In this document: positions 21,835-32,924 of the stretch, piece by piece | Layout of the letters: every line of letters starts with the position of its first letter | Position numbering within the stretch: position 1 is the first letter of the stretch | Source of the DNA: Bacteroidota bacterium | GTDB lineage: Bacteria; Bacteroidota; Ignavibacteria; UBA10030; UBA8401 | Direction: 5' to 3' | Length of the DNA stretch: 64,000 bases | Assembly (NCBI GenBank): GCA_027622375.1 | Contig: JAQCAB010000003.1 | Coordinates: forward strand, 22,797 to 86,796 | Translations under genes and position numbers: made by a program | The notes under the pieces: model-generated | Database searches by the model: none | The model's input: the letters and a program-made list of their open reading frames with translations, nothing else | Told to the model about the DNA's origin: nothing

Positions 21835-22289
21835 TAACTTGTTGCTGCAAGAAGTGTTTTTACAATATTGTTTACAATTTTGCCATCAGCTTTTCCTTTT
21901 AGCTGCTGCATTGCCTTTCCAATCACTTTTGGAAAATCTTTATCACATTGTGCATTTTCAGTTTTAATAATATTTTTTACAATTTCAGATATCTCAATTT
22001 CAGTTAACTGCTTCGGCATAAACTCGTATAAAATAACAAGTTCTGCTTTTTCTTTTTCAGCCAATTCTAAGCGATTCCCCTTCTCAAAAAGCTCTATTGA
22101 TTCTTTTCTTTTTTTAACAGCGATATTTAAAATAGCAAGTTCATCATTTTCTGTCATTTTATTTAATGCATCTTTCTTCTCAAATTCAAGAATTTGAGCT
22201 TTCAACATTCTCATAGTTTCAGTTCGAAGTTTATCCCCTTTTTTCATTGATTCAACTAATTGTGCACCAACTTTTTCTTTTAAATTCAT
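21834..22289 (-). CDS. GatB/YqeY domain protein
   Basis: MK.GDK.R..RMLKA, KKRKESIE.F, E.L..FMPKQL, GKADGK. Confidence 0.92.
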   Translation of the reverse strand: MNLKEKVGAQLVESMKKGDKLRTETMRMLKAQILEFEKKDALNKMTENDELAILNIAVKKRKESIELFEKGNRLELAEKEKAELVILYEFMPKQLTEIEISEIVKNIIKTENAQCDKDFPKVIGKAMQQLKGKADGKIVNNIVKTLLAATS

Positions 22290-22292
22290 TTG

Positions 22293-22323
22293 CAAATATA
22301 ATTTTAGTTGTTATCTTAAACAA
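22293..22323 (-). promoter_or_regulatory. Predicted promoter TTGTTT-N17-TATATT(TG) of yqeY-cvpA-purL
   Basis: Minus strand reads TTGTTT aagataacaactaaaat TATATTTG CAA ATG. Confidence 0.5.
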
Positions 22324-22369
22324 GAATTAATATTAAAATTTAAATTTATAAAATCTATTTTAAAGAAAA

Positions 22370-24013
22370 ATGCCAACAATCCCTTATAATGAATTTACAG
22401 CAAGCGCAAGTAGTTCTTCAAACCTATTCACAGATTATATTTCCTTCTATCCAAAACTTGAAAAATATTTTAATGGAAACTTCAGATCAAATTCAGATTG
22501 GGAAATAATTTTAGAAAATGTTTCATCTCGTAAATATGAAAGATCTTTACTTGTTCAAATCTTAAGCGAACAAAATAAATCTATCCATTGTAGTGTTTCA
22601 ACTCTTGCCAATATTGATTTACTTTATAATGAAAATTCTTTAGCAATTGTTACTGGTCAGCAAATTGGTATACTAGGTGGGCCATTATATACTATTTACA
22701 AGTTAATTACTTGCATTAAATTAACTGAGTCACTTAAACAAACTTTTCCTAAATATAATTTTGTCCCGGGTTTTTGGGCTGAGGCAGAAGATCATGATTT
22801 TTTAGAAATTAATAAAATAACTTCTGTAGATAATCATAATAAATTAAATACAATTGAATATTTGATTGGCGAAAAACAACCTGAAAAATATTTAACACCA
22901 GTCGGTAATTTGAAGTTTGATATAAAAATTTCCGAATTCATTGAAAAACTTAAATTGCTATTTACTGAAACTGAATTCACCCCTCCCTTATTTGACTTAA
23001 TTAATTCACTATATCGGGATGGAAAAAATTTTTGTGATTCATTCAACGAACTTTTAAATCAACTATTTCATCAATATGGTGTAATCTTTATTAATCCAAA
23101 TACTCCAGCATTAAAACAGATTGCAAAAAATGTTTTTGTAAATGAATTATCGAATAATTCAGAAGTTTCAAAAAGAGTTATTAAGACTTCTGCTGAACTT
23201 GAAGAAAATTATCACGCACAACTAAAATCTAAATCAGTTAATTTATTTTTAAATCATAAAGGAGGAAGATATAGTATTGAACCTCAAACCGATCATTATT
23301 TTTTAAAAAATACTCGCCAAACATTTCCAATGTCGGAATTAAAAGAATTAGCTAATACAAATCCTGAAAATTTTTCTACAAACGTAGTATTGCGTCCAAT
23401 TTATCAAGATACAATCCTGCCAACTGTCGCTTATGTTGCCGGGCCATCTGAGATATGTTACTTTGCGCAACTTAAAAGTGTTTATGAATATTTTGATATT
23501 CCGATGCCGATTATTTACCCAAGAGCATCTATCACTTTAATTGAAAAAAAGATTAGTGCGATTTCCGAAAAATTTAATCTTGAATTACAAAATATGATGT
23601 TAAATCCGCTTGAATTAAAAAAATTAATTACAGAGCAAAATGGTGAAGTTGATTTTGAATCTCTTTATTCAGGATTATTAAATAAAATGATAAATTTAAC
23701 TAATGAAGCTAAATTCGGAATTTTACAAATTGATCCCACATTGGAAGGTCCATTAAATTCATTCGTTCAAAAAATTGTATCTGGAATTCAAGTTTTAAAA
23801 GAAAAAACAATCCAAGCAAAAACAAATCGAGATAATGTGATAGAGAATCAATACATTAAATTTTTAAATAATATTTTCCCTTTAAATCAACCACAAGAAA
23901 GGGTTTTTAATATTATTTACTTCTTAAATAAATATGGTCCAGATTTTATTAATTGGATTTATAACGAAGTAGATTTCGAATTATTTGAACATCAATTAAT
24001 TGAGATTGAATAA
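22370..24013 (+). CDS. bshC: Bacillithiol biosynthesis cysteine-adding enzyme BshC
   Basis: VTGQQ.G..GGPLYT.YK, FW...EDHDF.EI, NVVLRP.YQ, GPSEI.Y.AQL, PQER. Confidence 0.95.
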   Translation: MPTIPYNEFTASASSSSNLFTDYISFYPKLEKYFNGNFRSNSDWEIILENVSSRKYERSLLVQILSEQNKSIHCSVSTLANIDLLYNENSLAIVTGQQIGILGGPLYTIYKLITCIKLTESLKQTFPKYNFVPGFWAEAEDHDFLEINKITSVDNHNKLNTIEYLIGEKQPEKYLTPVGNLKFDIKISEFIEKLKLLFTETEFTPPLFDLINSLYRDGKNFCDSFNELLNQLFHQYGVIFINPNTPALKQIAKNVFVNELSNNSEVSKRVIKTSAELEENYHAQLKSKSVNLFLNHKGGRYSIEPQTDHYFLKNTRQTFPMSELKELANTNPENFSTNVVLRPIYQDTILPTVAYVAGPSEICYFAQLKSVYEYFDIPMPIIYPRASITLIEKKISAISEKFNLELQNMMLNPLELKKLITEQNGEVDFESLYSGLLNKMINLTNEAKFGILQIDPTLEGPLNSFVQKIVSGIQVLKEKTIQAKTNRDNVIENQYIKFLNNIFPLNQPQERVFNIIYFLNKYGPDFINWIYNEVDFELFEHQLIEIE

Positions 24014-24067
24014 TTAAAAGCTAATTTTCAACCTCAATTAAATTAATTTACTGTTACGAAATAATTC

Positions 24068-26179
24068 TTAGGAATTTTCTTGTTTTGTAGTTGATTGTTC
24101 CAACATTACCGCTTTTCTACTTAAATCTAATCTACCTTTGTCATCTATTTTTAATAACTTAACTTCAAAGACATCACCTAATTTAACGACATTAGAAACT
24201 TTCTCAACCCGCTTAATATCTAATTGAGAAATATGAACAAGTCCCTCTTTACCAGGTAGAATTTCAACAAAAGCTCCAAACTCAACTATTTTTTTAACTT
24301 TTGCTTTATAAATAGTTCCGACTTCTGGCTGTGCAGTAATTCCTTTAATAAATTGTAATGCTTTATCACTTGCCTCTTTTGCGGATGCAGCAATTGTAAT
24401 TACTCCATCATCATCAATTGTGATATCTTCAACACCTGAATCTTTAATTATTTGTCTGATATTTTTTCCACCAGGCCCAATTATAGCACCAATTGAATCG
24501 ATTGGAATTTTAATTTTAATAAGTTGAGGAGCGAATGCACTAATTTCAGTTCTTGGTTTATCAATAACAGAATCCATAATTTTTAAAATATGCATTCTCC
24601 CATCTTTAGCTTGATTAATTGCTTTCTCAAATATTTCAATTGAAATTCCTTGAATTTTTATATCCATTTGGAAAGCTGTAATTCCATCCTTGGTTCCTGC
24701 AACTTTAAAATCCATATCACCTAAAAAGTCTTCATTGCCCAAAATATCACTTAAAATAGCAACTCTATCTCCTTCTTTTATTAAACCCATAGCAATTCCA
24801 GCTACAGCTTTTTTTAGTGGTACTCCAGCATCAAATAAAGCTAATGAGCCAGCACAAACTGTTGCCATTGAAGATGATCCATTTGATTCTAAAATATCCG
24901 AAACCACTCGAATTGTGTAAGCAAAATCGTTTTCTTGTGATATTAAATTTTTAAGTGATCGTTCTGCTAAATTTCCATGCCCTATTTCTCGTCTTGATGT
25001 TCCTATTCTTCCAATTTCTCCGGTACTAAATGGTGGGAAATTGTAATGTAACATAAACTTTCGAGGTTCTTCCTCTAACATTCCATCTAGAATTTGCTCA
25101 TCACGTGATGTTCCAAGTGTTGCAGTTGTAAGAGATTGTGTCTCTCCTCTTGTGAATAAAGCTGAACCATGAGTTCTTGGTAGCAATCCAACTTCGACAG
25201 AAATTGGACGAATATCTTTCAATCCTCTTCCATCTAATCTTTTACCTTCAGATAATATCATTTCACGCATCGCATCATATTCAATATTTGAGATCATTTC
25301 TTGAACTTTTGGAATCGATTCTTCATTTATTTGCAATGATGAAACTACTTCATTTAGCAGATTATTTTTTGCAGCTGATCTTTCATCCTTTTTAAGAATT
25401 GAATGAACAATCGACTTCATTTTAGCACGTGCTAAATTATTAACTTGATTTTTTAACTCAACATCTTCTTGAATTGGCACAAATTGAGATTTATTGATAT
25501 CCATTTTGGAAATAAATTCAAGTTGAGCTTTACAAATATCTTTAATTACGGCATGTCCGAATTTCAAGGCATCAAGCATGTCAGTCTCAGAAATCTCTCG
25601 AGACTCCCCTTCAACCATATTAATTGAGTCGGAAGTTCCGGCAACAATCATATCAATATCACTTTCTTTTAACTCTTGAATTGAAGGATTAACTATAAAC
25701 TTGCCATTAATTCTACCAATTCTAACTTCAGCAATTGGACCATTAAAAGGAACACCAGAAACTAATAAACTAGCAGAAGCTGCACACGCACCAATTACAT
25801 CTGCATCATTAAGTTTATCCGATGAATATACACTAACTATTACTTGAAGTTCATTCCTATAACCATCTGGAAATAAAGGTCTTATGGAGCGATCGATTAA
25901 CCTACCACTAAGTACTTCTTTATCTGTAGGACGACCTTCTCTTTTCAAAAATCCACCAGGTATTTTGCCAGCAGCTGCTAATTTTTCTCGATATTCTATT
26001 TGTAATGGAAAATAATCATAATCTTTTTTTGGTTCGGCAGATACAACTGCAGTTGCCAAAATCATTGTATCTCCAAATCTGACCATTACTGCCCCATTTG
26101 ATTGACGGGCAAATTTACCAGTTTCGAAAGTTAATTGTTGATGACCAATATTAATTGTATGTGATATAATTTTATTCAT
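24068..26179 (-). CDS. pnp: Polyribonucleotide nucleotidyltransferase (PNPase)
   Basis: FTRGETQ, RREIGHG, SNGSSSMA, DMDFKVAGT; KH and S1 domains. Confidence 0.98.
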   Translation of the reverse strand: MNKIISHTINIGHQQLTFETGKFARQSNGAVMVRFGDTMILATAVVSAEPKKDYDYFPLQIEYREKLAAAGKIPGGFLKREGRPTDKEVLSGRLIDRSIRPLFPDGYRNELQVIVSVYSSDKLNDADVIGACAASASLLVSGVPFNGPIAEVRIGRINGKFIVNPSIQELKESDIDMIVAGTSDSINMVEGESREISETDMLDALKFGHAVIKDICKAQLEFISKMDINKSQFVPIQEDVELKNQVNNLARAKMKSIVHSILKKDERSAAKNNLLNEVVSSLQINEESIPKVQEMISNIEYDAMREMILSEGKRLDGRGLKDIRPISVEVGLLPRTHGSALFTRGETQSLTTATLGTSRDEQILDGMLEEEPRKFMLHYNFPPFSTGEIGRIGTSRREIGHGNLAERSLKNLISQENDFAYTIRVVSDILESNGSSSMATVCAGSLALFDAGVPLKKAVAGIAMGLIKEGDRVAILSDILGNEDFLGDMDFKVAGTKDGITAFQMDIKIQGISIEIFEKAINQAKDGRMHILKIMDSVIDKPRTEISAFAPQLIKIKIPIDSIGAIIGPGGKNIRQIIKDSGVEDITIDDDGVITIAASAKEASDKALQFIKGITAQPEVGTIYKAKVKKIVEFGAFVEILPGKEGLVHISQLDIKRVEKVSNVVKLGDVFEVKLLKIDDKGRLDLSRKAVMLEQSTTKQENS

Positions 26180-26443
26180 TTATTTTCTTAATCCTAATTG
26201 TTCAATAAGTGTGCGATAACGTTCAATATTTTTATCAACTAAATAATCAAGAAGTTTACGCCGTTTACCAACCATTCTTAATAATCCAATTTTTGTGTGA
26301 TTATCTTTTTTATGCTGAGACGCATGTTGCGTTAAAGAATTTATTCTTTCAGTTAGTATGGCAACTTGCACTTCAGGACTTCCTGTATCCTTTACATTTT
26401 TACCATATTTTTTTATTATCTCGGTTTTATTGATTTCTGACAT
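26180..26443 (-). CDS. rpsO: 30S ribosomal protein S15
   Basis: [29 protein letters not shown]. Confidence 0.98.
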   Translation of the reverse strand: MSEINKTEIIKKYGKNVKDTGSPEVQVAILTERINSLTQHASQHKKDNHTKIGLLRMVGKRRKLLDYLVDKNIERYRTLIEQLGLRK

Positions 26444-26455
26444 ATTATTTTTTCC

Positions 26456-27412
26456 TTATATTAATTTTTTTTGTGAATATTCGTTTTCTATAATTTTTAA
26501 ACCTAATTGTTTATCTTCTTTCATAGCAGTGATTAATTCTGAAATTGAATTGAACTTCTTTTGTTCTCTTATAAACTTTACTAAATAGATTGTAAGTTCT
26601 TCATTATAAATATCTTGTGAGAAATTAAATAAATAAACTTCTACTACAACATTATGTTCATTATAAAAAGTTGGAAGCGTCCCAACACTTAAAAGTCCAA
26701 AATGAGTTTTATTATTTAACTTAACTTTTACAAAATAAATTCCATTTTTTGGAATCAATTTTTGAGAATCATTTATTTTAATATTTGCTGTCGGGAAACC
26801 CAGTTCTTTTCCACGCTTATCACCATGAATTATTTCTCCTGAAATTTGATAATTTCTCCCAAGTAAATTATTTACAAGATCAATATTTCCATCTCTTAAA
26901 GAATCTCTAATTAAAGAACTTTTGACAACAAAGTTTTTAAAATAAACTTGATTTACTTGTTCAACTGTAAATCCAAATTTAATACCTGCTTTTGTAAGTG
27001 TATCAAACTTTCCTTCTCGAGATTTACCAAAAGAATGGTCATAACCAATTACAAGATATTTTACTTTACATAACTCAATTAGATATTTTTGCAAGAATTC
27101 CTCATAATTAAGTTTCGATAACTCAGCCGTAAATGGAATTATGTAAACTTTATCTATTCCATAAAATTCAAATAATTCTAATTTTTCATTTAAAGTAGTA
27201 ATTATAGTTTGACGTGGTTCATTTGGTCTTAAAATATCACGAGGATGAGGGTCAAAAGTTAAAACTACACTTTCAAAGTTATTTTTTTTGGAATATTCTA
27301 CGACGGTATTTAGTAATTTTTGATGACCAAGATGAATACCATCAAAGGTCCCAATTGTAGCAACAGCGTAATTATTATTGGAAATATTTTTTAAATCGTA
27401 AATAATTTTCAT
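26456..27412 (-). CDS. ribF: Bifunctional riboflavin kinase/FAD synthetase
   Basis: GTFDGIHLGH, GFPTAN. Confidence 0.96.
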   Translation of the reverse strand: MKIIYDLKNISNNNYAVATIGTFDGIHLGHQKLLNTVVEYSKKNNFESVVLTFDPHPRDILRPNEPRQTIITTLNEKLELFEFYGIDKVYIIPFTAELSKLNYEEFLQKYLIELCKVKYLVIGYDHSFGKSREGKFDTLTKAGIKFGFTVEQVNQVYFKNFVVKSSLIRDSLRDGNIDLVNNLLGRNYQISGEIIHGDKRGKELGFPTANIKINDSQKLIPKNGIYFVKVKLNNKTHFGLLSVGTLPTFYNEHNVVVEVYLFNFSQDIYNEELTIYLVKFIREQKKFNSISELITAMKEDKQLGLKIIENEYSQKKLI

Positions 27413-28086
27413 GCTGCAACTTCAGTTAAATTATTATCAAACATAGTTTTAAATTGGATTGAATTTTCAACTTTAAAATTTCCAATTTTAGTTCTTCTTA
27501 ACTCTTTTACAAATGCACCACATTTTAAAGATTTTCCAATGTCATTTACAAGTGAACGGATATAAGTTCCTTTTGAACAATTTACTTTAAATGTAGCAAT
27601 GGGAGAAATATATTTTAATAATTGTAAATTATAAATTACAATATTTCTAGAAATGATTTGTACATCTTTACCATTTCGAGCATATTTATATAATTGTTTT
27701 CCATTTATTTTAATAGCTGAATAAATTGGAGGTGCCTGACTTTGGGATCCGATATAATTTTTAAATATTTCTTCAATTAAATCAGTTGTTACATAACTTG
27801 AATTTATATTTTCGATAATTTCAGTTTCAGCATCATAACTAGGTGTAGTTGCACCAAGCTGCATTGTACAAATATATTCTTTATCTAAATTCATAAAGCT
27901 AGATGACAATTTGGTATTATCACCAGTACAAATAATTAATAATCCGGTTGCAAGTGGATCTAAAGTACCTGCATGCCCTACTTTATTAAAATTGAATTTG
28001 TATTTTATAGTCTTTACAATACTTGTTGAACTTAAGCGATATGGTTTATCTATTAAAATTGTATTATTTGGAGTTAAGAAATTCAT
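27409..28086 (-). CDS. truB: tRNA pseudouridine(55) synthase (no C-terminal PUA extension)
   Basis: KVGHAGTLDPLATG, PP.YSA.KING, CSKGTYIRSL. Confidence 0.96.
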   Translation of the reverse strand: MNFLTPNNTILIDKPYRLSSTSIVKTIKYKFNFNKVGHAGTLDPLATGLLIICTGDNTKLSSSFMNLDKEYICTMQLGATTPSYDAETEIIENINSSYVTTDLIEEIFKNYIGSQSQAPPIYSAIKINGKQLYKYARNGKDVQIISRNIVIYNLQLLKYISPIATFKVNCSKGTYIRSLVNDIGKSLKCGAFVKELRRTKIGNFKVENSIQFKTMFDNNLTEVAA

Positions 28087-28439
28087 TAATTTGTACTTTC
28101 GTCTTTATGGATTTCTTTAAATATTTTTTCAAGTTTTTCAACTCTATCAAGTGTTTCATCCATAAAAAAATGAATTTCTGGAGTAAACTTAGTTTGAAGT
28201 TGTTTTCCCAAAATATGTCTAATTTCACTTCTTCTTGAATTAACGAATTGTAAAGTTTTTTCTTTTAATTCTTCATTTCCAAAAATGCTAACATATATTT
28301 TTGCATGTCTTATATCAGGACTTACAATAACATCCAAAACTGTAACAAAACCGTATGGTGGGCTAGCAATTTCACGAGAAAAATAATCTCCAACCCCGTG
28401 TCTGACTACAGATGCTAATTTTTCAATTCTAACTGACAT
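28086..28439 (-). CDS. rbfA: Ribosome-binding factor A
   Basis: VSPD.RHAKIYVS, TPEIHFFMD; downstream of infB. Confidence 0.94.
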   Translation of the reverse strand: MSVRIEKLASVVRHGVGDYFSREIASPPYGFVTVLDVIVSPDIRHAKIYVSIFGNEELKEKTLQFVNSRRSEIRHILGKQLQTKFTPEIHFFMDETLDRVEKLEKIFKEIHKDESTN

Positions 28440-31075
28440 TAAAATAATTTTCTTTTTGTTTCTACAATTTGGAAAGATTCAATCGTATCGCCAGTTTTAA
28501 TATCATTAAATCCATCGAGTCCAATTCCACATTCAAATCCTTGTGCAACTTCCCGAACATCATCCTTAAATCTTTTTAATGATAAAATGTGCCCTTCGAA
28601 CACATTAATTCCATCACGAATTAATCTAATTTTATTATTTCTAGTAATTGTTCCATCAGTTACATAACAACCGGCAACATTTCCAACTTTTGGAACTTTA
28701 AATATATCACGAATTTCAATTGTTGCAGTAACTTCTTCTGAAATTGTTGGCGCATGTAAACCTTCAAGAGCTGATTTAATTTCAGAAATTGCATTATAAA
28801 TAATTGTGTGATAACGAATATCAATTTTATTTTTATCAGCAAGCTTGCGAGCATTTAAATTTGGACGAACATGAAATCCAATTATAATTGCATCAGAAGT
28901 TGATGCAAGTAAAACATCACTTTCCGAAATTGCACCTACACCTTTATGAATAACTCTAATTTTTACTTCTTGAGTTGAAAGTTTTAGCAGCGAATCTGCC
29001 AAAGCTTCCACTGATCCATCAACATCACCTTTAACTATTATTGCGAGATCACGAATTGAAATACCTTCTTGAATTTGTTTTGAGATATCATCTAAAGTTA
29101 CAAAATGTTTTTGTCTAAAATCTTGTTCACGTTTTGCCTGTTGGCGTCGAATAGAAATATCTCGAGCAACTTTTTCATTTTCCGAAACAATTAATGAATC
29201 TCCAGCAGTAGGCATTCCATCAAATCCTAAAACTTGAACAGGTGTTGAAGGGGTAGCAATAACTATTGATTTGCCTTCACCATCAGTCATTGCTTTGATT
29301 TTACCACTATAAATTCCAGAAATAAAAGGATCTCCAATTTTTAAAGTTCCTTTTTGAATTAAAACAGTTCCAATAATTCCTTTTCCTTTGTCAAGTTTTG
29401 CTTCAACAATTACTGAACGTGCAAGTCTGTTTGGATTTGCTTTAAGTTCTAAAACTTCAGCTTCTAATAAAATTTTTTCAAGCAACAAGTCAACATTTTT
29501 ACCAGTTCTTGCAGAGACCTCAACTGATTGATATTTACCTCCCCATTCTTCAACTAGCACATCACGATCAGCAAGTTGTTGTTTAATTCTTTCTGGATTT
29601 GCTTCAGGTTTATCAATTTTATTTATTGCAATTATAATTGGAACATTAGCTGCTTTTGCGTGACTGATTGCTTCGATAGTTTGCGGCATAACACTATCTT
29701 CCGCCGCAACAACTAAAACAACAATATCAGTTAATTCAGCACCACGTGCGCGCATTGCAGTAAATGCTTCGTGACCGGGCGTATCTAAAAAAGTTATTTT
29801 ACCTTTGTTTTCAAGTTCAACTTGATACGCGCCAATATGTTGTGTGATTCCACCAGATTCTCCTTTTGCAACAGTTGTCTTCCTGATATAATCTAATAAT
29901 GATGTTTTTCCATGATCAACATGCCCCATTACAGTTACAATTGGTGGTCGAGGTTTTAACGTTTCTTCTGGATCATTTTGATCTTCTATTGATTCATTTG
30001 ATAATTCAGAAACAAATTCAATTTCATATCCAAAATCTGAAGCCACTAAAATTATATTATCTTTTTCTATTCTTTGATTTATAGAAACCATCAAACCTAA
30101 ATTCATACATTTGGCAATAACTTCACCAACTGGCTTATTCATTAAATTTGCAAGATTTCCAACAGTTAAAAATTCTGTTACACGAAGTACTTGTCCTTTT
30201 TGTAAATCTTCTTCAATCTGTTTTTCAATTTCAACTTCGCGTTTTAATCGCTTCTTCTTTCTGTTTGATGCTCTTTGTGCAGGTGTATAAAAATCAGTTG
30301 TAGTTAAAACTGCTTTTATAGCATTTTCTGAATCTTTTTTTACAACATCTGCTTTAAATTTACCTTTTAGAGATTCTTGCGGAGAATAATTTCTATCTTC
30401 TTTAACTATAAACTTTTGTGGTTTTAAAACTTTCTTTTTTTTCTTTTTCTTATCTACTTCTAATTGCTGTGTTGTTTTATTTTCAGGCACAGCAGGTTTT
30501 TTTGTTTCTAAATCAACTTTACCTTGAATTCTTAATCCATATACTTTTGATTTTGTTGCAGTATCTTTTGCTGAGACATATTCAGCTTGAGGTTTTTTTA
30601 TTACTTCAGAGACTTTTTCATCTTTTTTTATTTCACTTTCAATTATAGATTCTGGCGAAACATTTTTTTTGCTTAAATCAACTTCTAAAGGAATTTCAAC
30701 AATTTCTTTTTTATCTGAAATAATTTTTTTATCTATTTTTACTTTAAATGTATTTGCATCAATTGTTTGCCTTCTTGAACGCATTTGTTCAAGTGGTGAA
30801 AGTGGAATTACTGGCTTTACTATTTTTTCTGGTTTTGGGATTTCTTTTTTCTTTTGCTCTTCGAAATGAGCAATTTTTTTAACATGTAATTCGGCACTAT
30901 GTTTTTCTCTTTTAAAATGTTTATAAACTTCTTCGACAAGATTATTATCAATAACTGCTAAATGGTTTTTGGTTGCAAAACCACTTTTTGCTAAAAAATC
31001 TCTTATTGAATCACTAGTTACTTTTAGCTCTTTAGCTAAATTATGAACTCGTATTTTCTTTTCGTTATCATCCAT
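28439..31075 (-). CDS. infB: Translation initiation factor IF-2
   Basis: [21 protein letters not shown]. Confidence 0.98.
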   Translation of the reverse strand: MDDNEKKIRVHNLAKELKVTSDSIRDFLAKSGFATKNHLAVIDNNLVEEVYKHFKREKHSAELHVKKIAHFEEQKKKEIPKPEKIVKPVIPLSPLEQMRSRRQTIDANTFKVKIDKKIISDKKEIVEIPLEVDLSKKNVSPESIIESEIKKDEKVSEVIKKPQAEYVSAKDTATKSKVYGLRIQGKVDLETKKPAVPENKTTQQLEVDKKKKKKKVLKPQKFIVKEDRNYSPQESLKGKFKADVVKKDSENAIKAVLTTTDFYTPAQRASNRKKKRLKREVEIEKQIEEDLQKGQVLRVTEFLTVGNLANLMNKPVGEVIAKCMNLGLMVSINQRIEKDNIILVASDFGYEIEFVSELSNESIEDQNDPEETLKPRPPIVTVMGHVDHGKTSLLDYIRKTTVAKGESGGITQHIGAYQVELENKGKITFLDTPGHEAFTAMRARGAELTDIVVLVVAAEDSVMPQTIEAISHAKAANVPIIIAINKIDKPEANPERIKQQLADRDVLVEEWGGKYQSVEVSARTGKNVDLLLEKILLEAEVLELKANPNRLARSVIVEAKLDKGKGIIGTVLIQKGTLKIGDPFISGIYSGKIKAMTDGEGKSIVIATPSTPVQVLGFDGMPTAGDSLIVSENEKVARDISIRRQQAKREQDFRQKHFVTLDDISKQIQEGISIRDLAIIVKGDVDGSVEALADSLLKLSTQEVKIRVIHKGVGAISESDVLLASTSDAIIIGFHVRPNLNARKLADKNKIDIRYHTIIYNAISEIKSALEGLHAPTISEEVTATIEIRDIFKVPKVGNVAGCYVTDGTITRNNKIRLIRDGINVFEGHILSLKRFKDDVREVAQGFECGIGLDGFNDIKTGDTIESFQIVETKRKLF

Positions 31076-32375
31076 TGGATTTTATTTCAGAATTATCAGT
31101 TTTATTCCCAGCTGGTGCATTTCCAGAACCAATATTTTCACTTTCCACATCAGCATTATCATATTCAGTTTTAATCATCTCAACAATTTTTAATAATTCT
31201 TCACGATCAACATCAAGATCTTTTGCAAGTTTGTTAAAATTAGTTTCGATAATTATTTTTGCGGAATTATATCCTTTTTCAATAAATAAATTTAACATTT
31301 CGTCGCCAAGTTCATCTTTAAATTCTTCAAGTTCAATATCATATTCTGCAGTTTCTTTCATAATCTGAATATCAAAACCTGTTAATTTTGTAGCAAGTCT
31401 AATATTTTGACCACCTTTACCGATAGCAAGTGAAGCTTGTTCATCAGAAACCAAAACTAAAAAACTTTGAGATGGCTCATCAAAATCAACTTTTTTTAAT
31501 TTTGCTGGAGCAAGTGCTCTTGCAATAAAAAGAAGTGGATCAGAATTATAATTTATAACATCAATATTTTCATTATTCAATTCACGAACAATTGTATGGA
31601 TTCTGACACCCTTCATTCCAACACATGCACCGACTGCGTCGATTCTATCATCTTGTGATTCGACTGCAATTTTTGCTCTTTCACCTGGATCGCGGGCAAC
31701 TGCTTTAATTTGAATTAAGCCATCATAAACTTCTGGAATTTCAAGTTCAAACAATCGCTCCATAAATTTATTATCCGTTCTTGAAACAATTACATACGGA
31801 TTACCACTTGTTTTTCTGACTTCTTTTACAACTGCCCGAATTGTATCTCCCTTTTTAAATCTTTCACCAGGGATTTGTTCACTTTTTGGTAAAATCAATT
31901 CATTTTTATTATGAATGATAAAAAGATCGTTGTTGCGTAATTGATAAACTTCGCCAACAACTATATCTCCCATCATTGCATTGTATTCAGTAAAGATTAA
32001 ATCTTTTTCAATATCTTTAACACGCTGAATAAAATTTTGTTTTGCCATAACAACTGAACGGCGACCAAAATCTTTTAAGTGAAGAATTTCAACACAATCT
32101 TCACCAACTTCTAAATTTTCGCCAGTTAATTCTTTTGCAGTTTTTTTATCAACTTCAAGCGCAGAGTTAGCAACTACTTCTACGACTGCTCGTTCCAAAT
32201 AAAACTCGATATCACCTTTATCCATATTTAAAACGACTTCAAATTTTGCATCCATTCCATATTTTTTCTTTAACATCATACCGAAAACCTCTTCCAAGAT
32301 ATTTATTAACACATCTCGATCGATATTTCTTTCACGCGATAATTGCGTAAATGAGTCTACAATTTCATGATTCAT
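31068..32375 (-). CDS. nusA: Transcription termination/antitermination factor NusA
   Basis: S1 and KH domains, ARDPGERAKIAV, AIGKGGQNIRLA. Confidence 0.97.
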   Translation of the reverse strand: MNHEIVDSFTQLSRERNIDRDVLINILEEVFGMMLKKKYGMDAKFEVVLNMDKGDIEFYLERAVVEVVANSALEVDKKTAKELTGENLEVGEDCVEILHLKDFGRRSVVMAKQNFIQRVKDIEKDLIFTEYNAMMGDIVVGEVYQLRNNDLFIIHNKNELILPKSEQIPGERFKKGDTIRAVVKEVRKTSGNPYVIVSRTDNKFMERLFELEIPEVYDGLIQIKAVARDPGERAKIAVESQDDRIDAVGACVGMKGVRIHTIVRELNNENIDVINYNSDPLLFIARALAPAKLKKVDFDEPSQSFLVLVSDEQASLAIGKGGQNIRLATKLTGFDIQIMKETAEYDIELEEFKDELGDEMLNLFIEKGYNSAKIIIETNFNKLAKDLDVDREELLKIVEMIKTEYDNADVESENIGSGNAPAGNKTDNSEIKSNG

Positions 32376-32390
32376 AATTTTACTCCAATA

Positions 32391-32840
32391 TTACTTCTTA
32401 ATTTTTGTTTGTATAATTGCTGATTTTATTTTTGGTAATTCTATTTCTAATTGCGAATTATTTTTTTCTAATATTATATTATTTTCTTTTACGTCTTTTA
32501 TTTCACCAATTTCAATTTTCTCAAGTTTATATTCTTCAAAGCTAATTTTTATATTTTTTCCAATATGTCTTTTATATTGTCGAATATCTTTTAATGGTTT
32601 ATCTAATCCTGGCGACGAAACTTCTAATCTATATTGCCAAGGATAATTTTTATTCAAAACACTTTGAATTTCAATTCCGATTTTTGAACATTCATCAATT
32701 GTTATTCCTTTTTCAGTATCAATATAAACTTCAATTACACGATAACTTTTATCACCACGAATTATTAAATCAACTAAAAAATAGTCAGTTTCTGAAATTA
32801 GTTTTTCAATTTCTATTTTCAACTCATCAATTAAAGTCAT
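32391..32840 (-). CDS. rimP: Ribosome maturation factor RimP
   Basis: GITIDEC, YRLEVSSPGLDKPL. Confidence 0.95.
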   Translation of the reverse strand: MTLIDELKIEIEKLISETDYFLVDLIIRGDKSYRVIEVYIDTEKGITIDECSKIGIEIQSVLNKNYPWQYRLEVSSPGLDKPLKDIRQYKRHIGKNIKISFEEYKLEKIEIGEIKDVKENNIILEKNNSQLEIELPKIKSAIIQTKIKK

Positions 32841-32848
32841 AAAACTCC

Positions 32849-32876
32849 AAAAAAAAATCCCGCAAGCGCGAGATTT
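32849..32876 (-). terminator. Terminator-like hairpin in the rimP leader (probable attenuator)
   Basis: Minus strand AAATCTCGC-GCTT-GCGGGATTT followed by a T run, directly before the GGAG RBS of rimP. Confidence 0.7.
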
Positions 32877-32881
32877 ATGAA

Positions 32882-32912
32882 CAAATATAAGTTAGTTTTG
32901 AGGTAGAAGCAA
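32882..32912 (-). promoter_or_regulatory. Predicted promoter TTGCTT-N17-TATATT(TG) for the rimP-nusA-infB operon
   Basis: Minus strand TTGCTT ctacctcaaaactaact TATATTTG. Confidence 0.55.
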
Positions 32913-32924
32913 GTAAGATATTTC

